DNA of 64,000 nt from the human T2T-CHM13v2.0 reference genome, Homo sapiens, in the NCBI GenBank assembly GCA_009914755.4, contig CP068257.2, positions 39,296,001 through 39,360,000 on the forward strand, given 5' to 3'. Shown here piece by piece: positions 57,527 through 64,000 of the stretch. The notes under the pieces are model-generated. The model ran no database searches. It saw only the letters and a program-made list of their open reading frames with translations, and was not told where the DNA came from. The translations under genes and the position numbers were made by a program. The stretch's first letter is position 1. Each line of letters opens with the position of its first letter.

Positions 57527-58127
57527 ATTATTATTATTTTCTTTTTTTTTAATTTTACTTTAAGTTCTGGGATACATGTGCAGAACACGTAGGTTTGTTA
57601 CACAGGTATACATATGCCATGGTGGTTTGCTGCACTTATCAACCCGTCATCTAGGTTTTAAGCCCCTCATGCGTTAGGTATTTGTCCTAATCCTCTCCCT
57701 TCCCTTGTCCCCCACCCCCTGACAGGCCCCAGTGTGTGATGTTCCCCTCCCTGTGTCCGTGTGTTCTCATGGTTCAATTCCCACTTATAAGTGAGAACAT
57801 GTGGTGGTTTTCTGTTCCTGTACTACTTTGCTAAGAATGATGGCTTCCAGCTTCATCCATGTGCCTGCAAAAGACATAACCACATTCCTTTTTTACGGCT
57901 GCATAGTATTCCATGGTGTATACCTGCCACATTTTCTTTATCCAGTCTATGATTGATGGGCATTTGGGTTGGTTCCAAGTCTTTGCTATTGTGAACAGTG
58001 CTGCAATAAACATATGTATGCATGTGTCTTCATAGTGGAATGATTTATAATCCTTTGGGTATATATCCAGTAATGGAATTGCTGGGCCAAATGGTATTTC
58101 TGGTTCTAGATCCTTGAGGAATTGCAA
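57527..58127 (-). mobile_element. 5'-truncated older L1 (L1PA/L1PB-like) 3'-end fragment in minus orientation, with a poly-T at 57527-57545.
   Basis: Reverse complement of the L1 3'UTR ('ttaagttctgggatacatgtgcagaacacgtaggtttgttacacaggtatacatatgccatggtggtttgctgcac'). The minus ORF 57831-58178 translates to the L1 ORF2 C-terminus (PFGPAIPLLDIYPKDYKS...[20 protein letters not shown]). Confidence 0.9.
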
Positions 58128-61100
58128 GATGCCATTATTTAAGGACCTGGTCATTTTGCTTAAAGTCACAGTTTCCAAGAATCTATCGATGACTTTGAGG
58201 ATTCATTGTATTACTTTCAGTTTCTGCTACACTCTCTTATTATCTCTTCCCTGAGCTTCTGCATTCCTATATATATTTTTTTAGTTTTGCTTTTTGTTGT
58301 GATAATTAAGATTTCATACATTTTCTGAAGATATTTTTAGCCTCGGTTTCTATGAGTTTCATGAAATCTTTCTTCTGGTGAGTGTTCTTGACCTGCCATT
58401 TTCTCTTACTTATTCTTGAAATACCTTTAGATAGATCTTATGGTGTTTATTTTTTATTAATCCTCTTGAATAAGGTGAATCCTTTCTGGACCACCTATTA
58501 GTAGGAGTTTCCTGTAGAGAGGGGTCCAGACTGTGTTTCAGGCCAGGAAGGATTTTTCTTCCTATGTGGGGTTATGAAAGTGGATTAATTATTTTAACTA
58601 TTGCTTTTCCGCAGCCAGTGGTGATCAGAAGCTACAGACTGATCAAAGGAAAGAGACATTTCTTCTTTCTGGTACCCTTTCTCCCTGTCCCTTCAGCTGC
58701 TTGCAATTCTCCCACCTTTGGCCTTCCCAGGGACTCCTACTAAGTAGGTTTCTGAATGTACCAACTATGGGATTTGGAATAAGTCACCTACTTGGGCCTA
58801 GAATGAAGTTCTGACCCTCACATGTTGCATTTGTGTCCTGAAGAAAGGAGAAAAAAGACAGAAAACAATATTTATTAACCCCCTGACCCCATGTGTGCCA
58901 GGCACTCTGATAGGCTCTTTGTATATATTAACACATGGAATTCTGGAAACAATTGGAAAAAATTTCAAGAATAATCATTATTGTACCAATTTTTCAGATG
59001 GACAACTTGAAGCAAAGTGGAGTAAGTTCCTCAGCCATGATTGTAGAGCCAGTGAGTGCTGCAGTGGGATTCTGATGACTGCAAGGTCCAAGCTCTTGAT
59101 GCTATCTCCTGGGTTTCTTCATTGCTTCCCAAGTCTAAGCTGCTGTCATTTAGACAAAGATTCTCTGATTACAATGACAGTCAGAAAGAGGTTCCTGTTG
59201 CCCCACCTCCAACAGTGGCCCATGTCCTTCTGTTCCTCTTTGCCTGTCTTCTCCATTTGCCAGTCCCCAAACTGCCATCAGCTTGCTCAGTGGAATTGGC
59301 TGTCTGCATTGGTCCTTTTCTGATTAGAGCATTGCTCAGTGCTCCTCCTAGGAGCCTGTGCCCCGATTTGCCAGTGGCTTTTTTTTTTTTTTTTTAATTC
59401 AAGCCTTCTTTGCCATGAGCCCAAAAGTGCCTTCTAACTGGAGTTTGAGAATCAAGTAGAAATGAGCTATATGATCTGACAGCTTTTGCTACCTGGCTTC
59501 CCATCACTTTGCTCCACTGACCTGGAGCGCAAGCACACACTATTGCCCAACTATAATAAAGATGATTATATTTGTTGGGAGCAAAACTCTAGAACAGGAG
59601 AAGTGGGCCAGGCTCATGATGTAAGCTCAGGCCTTGAATTCAGAGAGCCCTGTTCAGTTATCCTTCTCGGTAGGCAAATAATTGTCAGCATATCCTCCTG
59701 AACTAGGCTATTTCCTCATAAACAGGGCTGAAACATTTGTCTCCCTGCCCATGAGGTTGTTGTGAGTCTCAGAAAGAGAATTAAGATGAGAAAACATTCT
59801 GCAAATTATAATGTACTTACTAAATGCCCTCTGTTACTAATAGTCTTATTGCAACTGATATTAGTAGGATAAGTGGGTAGTGAAGGAGTGCTGCATGAGT
59901 TATGTCAAACAATAGCTTCCAAGAGAGGACGTCTTGCTTGCTATTCAGTAGAACAGGGCAGTTGTGTGGGTGGCTTCTGCAGTCAGAGCATCTAGTTTGA
60001 CTACAACTAGCAACACCCCTTCTTATCTATGTGATTTTCAATTAGCTTTAGAAATTGCACTAGTTTATTGGGAAATTGAGGTAAGGACCAAGACAGACAA
60101 ACCTTCTATGATACTCATCATGATGCCTGATCAATGAATATTGGCTGCTATCGTTATGCTGTTATGTGTGACTGAACTGAGTCAATTAATTAATAGAATT
60201 AGAATGGCCCTTAGACACCTCTCCCTTCTTTATAAGATGAGGTCTCAAGCCACACAGGTCCAGAAACTTAACCTTAATGGACCCATTCTCACTAATTAAA
60301 CTGACAGGAGATCAATGCAAAACCAGGATGTAAAATTCTTAAGCAGCACTGGGGACTGAGACCGGTTAACATATGGCAAAGCTTAGTAACCCTATTTGGA
60401 GGCTGCCTCGAGGCACACAGGAAGGGAGGGTGATTAAAAGGCTGGAGAAAGCTTCAGGGCTGAGAAGAGAAGAAGGGAGATTCCTTCGGCTCTCCCTTTG
60501 TCTCTCTAGGTATGCAAATGCCCCCAAAACTAAGGATTAAAAGGACTGAGTTTCCAAAACACAAGTCCTTGGCTAGCATTTCCCATAAGACACAGATCAA
60601 TCTTCACAGCACAACTGTATCAGAGGCTCATGCCTCTGTCCAGAGCTACTTCCAATTTCATGCCCAGGTTTTCTTCATTTCATTGAAACTCTTGGTCATT
60701 CACAGAGGCTTGTTTTGGAGCCATTTTGCAGAAGCCTCTGAGAACAATGCAATTTCTAGTGTCTTGGTGCTAGACAGGGTCCCTTATATCCACCCTGATT
60801 ATAGCAGGAAAAAGAGACCCTTGATTTTTGACACTCTTTTGTTCTTCCTCTGACTCTTGAACACATGGGCAATTTACCCCCATTCTTTTTTCTAAGAACA
60901 TTTTTCAGTATAAATTGTGGCATGGAAAATGGTATGTTTCTTCTGGTTCCAGATAAGGAAAGCTGTAAATAATTTAAAGTTCCTGCTGTGCAAAATTACC
61001 CAAACAGAAAGTACACTTTTTTATGCTGGCACTGAGGATGGTAAAACAAGAAATTGTGCCAATTTTCCTACAGGTGAAATTTTAGCTTCTTTATAACATA

Positions 61101-62139
61101 AGCACTTTGACTCTGAAAAAAGTAACATAATGAGATTTTGTGCAAGGTGTGCCAGAATTAATATAGGGCTATAGAAATAATAGCCCAAATTTACCTTTCA
61201 TCCACACACAAAGACACAAAATTACTGAAAGTTTGTGCTGAGAGCATTAAGCCACACCCCAGGGCTCAAAGATTGTGTCCCCTAATAGCATTTATGTTGC
61301 CACAAATGTCAGTGTCAGCACTTCAAACTTATGCGAAAGCTATTATTTTGTGGCATAAAATTCTGATGTATATGTTATTTGAATCTCTATAAGCCACTAT
61401 AATTTGAAGCATCAATGTGACCTATTTTTCCCCTCTTGATTAACAGGTCATCATAAAATGGGTTGTGTCTATTTTCACCTGGCCCACTGTGTGTTGTGAG
61501 TGCCACCAGAGCTATCTTGCTGTACCTCCACAGATTGTAGGATTTTCTTCCTTTATGTTGAATTTAGCACTGAAACTGACAAAGTTTCATTCTCAAGAAT
61601 GAAAAGGTCACGGAGAAGAGGAGGAGAGAAGCCACTTTGCTGGACTTTCCTCCTTGGGACACTTGTGCTGAGGGCATGTGATGGAAAGAGAAATGGACTT
61701 CTGGTCTCCAGTTTGGGTGCCATATACAATGAGGGCTGCTTCTCTGGTCACCAGAACAGTGACTTCTGCACACGCTCAGCCATCCCAGAGCTTGTCCCTA
61801 ACGATCCAGGAAGGGATGGGGCATTGGGCTCTATGAAGACTAAGCACAAGCACTAGTAGGCAGGAGCCAAATATACTTAAGAATCATAATAAAATGTATC
61901 TATGGACAGCTACTAAATATAATAAAAATGTAGTGTACGACTGGAGTTTGTTTCTGGCGATAGTGATCAACTCCTCTCACCAGAGGGCTGGGTACATCAG
62001 GTGTCAAAAGTTCAGTCTGTTACTTCCCCAACTCTAGTCTTTTGCCAGGTTTCTGGCTGCTGTACGGTTCTGAGCAAATGTCAAAAGGCCAGAAGGATGA
62101 GTCTCCACAGGGGTTAATGAGTTTAGATGATGGCTTTCA

Positions 62140-62527
62140 GAAAGAAACAGAAAGAAAAAGGAAGGAAAGAAAGAAGGAAGGAAGAACGGAAGGGAGGAAG
62201 GAAGGAAGGAGGGAGAAAAGATAGGAAGGAGAGAGTGAAGGAAGGAAGAAACAGAAGGAAGGAATTAAAGAGAGAGAAGATAGGAGGGAGGGAGGGAGGA
62301 AGGGAGGAATGGAAGGAGAGAGGGAGGGAAGGAAGGCAAAAAGATAGGAAGGAGAGAGGAAGGGAGGAAAGAAATGGAAGGAATTAAAGAGAGAGAAGTT
62401 AGGAAGGAGGGAGGGAGGAAAGATACAGAAGGAAGGAATTAAAGAGAGAGAAGATAGGAAGGAGGGAGGGAGGGAAGAAGGAAGAAAGGAAAGGAGGAAA
62501 GAGGGAGGGAGGGAGAAAGAAAAAAAA
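62140..62527. repeat. Roughly 390-bp nearly pure polypurine (GGAA/GAAGGA/GGGAGG-type) microsatellite on the plus strand. It has internal higher-order repetition of an approximately 110-bp block ('ggaattaaagagagagaag.taggaaggagggagggagg' occurs three times).
   Basis: Direct reading shows almost exclusively a and g for about 390 nt. Confidence 0.9.
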
Positions 62528-63079
62528 TTTTAAAACACTGCATCCTATAAAATGGTCTCCACAGTTGCATGGGAGGGGTGTCACAGGCTTCCCTGACTGT
62601 TGGAGACAAAAGAATAAATCTTCAGGTATTTTACCTGCAAAGATCCCCCTTTGCTCAAGGTCCTCTTGTCTGCCAAGTGTGTTGGTCAGCAACTGGCATC
62701 CAGGCATCTGCTTGATGTGTTTGTTTCACCTTCACATGTCTGTTCTGACAGTGTATCTTCAGCGGGCCTTTCCATGGACCTTGAAAGCCCTAGGTTTTTC
62801 CCTGATGAGCTTATAACATTTTGTTGTTGCCACCTTCTTTCAATTCTTCCTTCTTTATTAAACTATAAATTCTATGGGGAAAGGGTTTCTATCTGTCACA
62901 TTCACAGTTGTATGCCTTGAGCCTACTGGTCAACCCTCAGCAACACTTGTTGAATAAATGAGCCCAAGATATCTCATTGTACTCCTTTAGGCTCATCTAC
63001 AGGCAGGTTCTATATTCTGAGATGAAAGAGGATATTGTATTTCTTTCCTAGATTCTTCCTGGGTTGGCCGTATACCCAG

Positions 63080-63523
63080 TGCTATAGTTTGGATGTTTGT
63101 CCCCTTCAAACCTCAAGTTGAAATTTGATCTCCAGTGTTGGTGGTGCCTAATGGGAGGGCTTTGGGTTATGGGGTGGACCTCTAAAGAGTACATTAATGC
63201 CCCTTCTGGGACAGGTTGGGGGTGGGAGGAAGGGGAGAGTGAATTCTAGCTCTATTTGTTCCCATGAGAGCTGGTTGTTAAAAAGAGTCTCTCATCTTCC
63301 CCCTTCTCCTGATTCTTCTCTCACCGTGTGATCTCTACATACACCAGCTGCCCTTTGCCTTCTGCCATGATTGAAAGCAGGTGAGACCCTCACCAGAAGC
63401 TAAGCAGATGCTGGCGCTCTGCTACTTGCACAGCCTGCAGAACTGTGAGCCAAATAAACTCTTTTCCTGATAAATTATCTAGCCTTAGGTATTCCGTTAT
63501 AGCAATATAAATGGACTAAGACA
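63080..63523 (+). mobile_element. Solo MaLR LTR (MST/THE1-like) in plus orientation.
   Basis: Contains 'tgctatagtttggatgtttgtccccttcaaacctcaagttgaaatttgatctccagtgttggtggtgcctaatgggagggctttgggttatgg...ccttctgccatgattgaaagc...gcagaactgtgagccaaataaactcttttcctgataaattatctagccttaggtattccgttatagcaatataaatggactaagacac'. Confidence 0.6.
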
Positions 63524-64000
63524 CTCAGCTATCACAAATATGACTTGGCTTGGGCACTCAGGATCTTGAGAAAAGGCTGTTGATCAAGTCATAGAGGGGC
63601 TTCCTCAGTTCTCTGCCCCTGACAACTTACTTAGCCTTGGGTCCCAAGTGCTGTAAGTTTATCCTAGGTGGAATGGAGATCCTTGAAGCTATGTCACCTA
63701 ACAATGATTTCAGGCAGGGCTATGTCCACTGCCCTTGGAAAAATGGAACCTTGAGTCTAAACTTTTCCATAGAACACACTTCACCTTCCAACCTAAAACA
63801 ATGGAAGTTTTCCAGTTGGAAATTATCCCAGAGGCTGATGTACAGATTTCCCTTTCAGTATCTTTTCTGCCACTAATGGATTAGAAGTTCCCAGGACTTT
63901 GATTGTCCTAAGTTGTATAGTTATGGGGCAGTTACAAGTGTGATAAATACCATGTGATGATAATGGGTATATGATCTTCCCTGAGCTTCAGATCAAAATG

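Noticed and set aside
62042-62387. Lys/Arg/Glu-rich ORFs (for example MMAFRKKQKEKGRKERRKEERKGGRKEGG...).
   Set aside because: They are a direct translation of the polypurine microsatellite. The composition is low-complexity and frame-independent.

Overview
This window is primate, almost certainly human, nuclear DNA; it is not a prokaryotic locus and it contains no novel gene system, only a dense catalogue of primate transposable elements. Six Alu SINEs are visible directly in the sequence, four of them with target-site duplications I can read, plus one Alu fragment. There are many 5'-truncated L1 LINE 3' ends whose ORF2 C-terminal translations appear in the six-frame track. Two MIRs, many MaLR-type LTRs (THE1/MST-like) and one LTR-internal-LTR THE1-like element are present. 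A degraded ERV protease-pol remnant and one full-length HERV-H-type provirus (LTR7-like LTRs, tRNA-His PBS, PPT, 5-bp TSD) complete the set. I could not recognise any host protein-coding exon, CpG island or RNA gene. The long ORFs in the track are L1 ORF2 fragments, ERV gag/pro/pol remnants, or translations of periodic or low-complexity DNA. The most notable loci are the structurally intact HERV-H provirus at 47226-53156 with only about 2% LTR-LTR divergence by eye, a young L1 nested inside an older L1 with a clean 12-bp TSD at 38487-39588, a roughly 390-bp nearly pure polypurine microsatellite at 62140-62527, and a 42-bp minisatellite inside the HERV-H leader. Repeat family names and coordinates are from memory of consensus sequences and by-eye alignment; they are approximate (about ±10 bp) and need RepeatMasker/Dfam confirmation.
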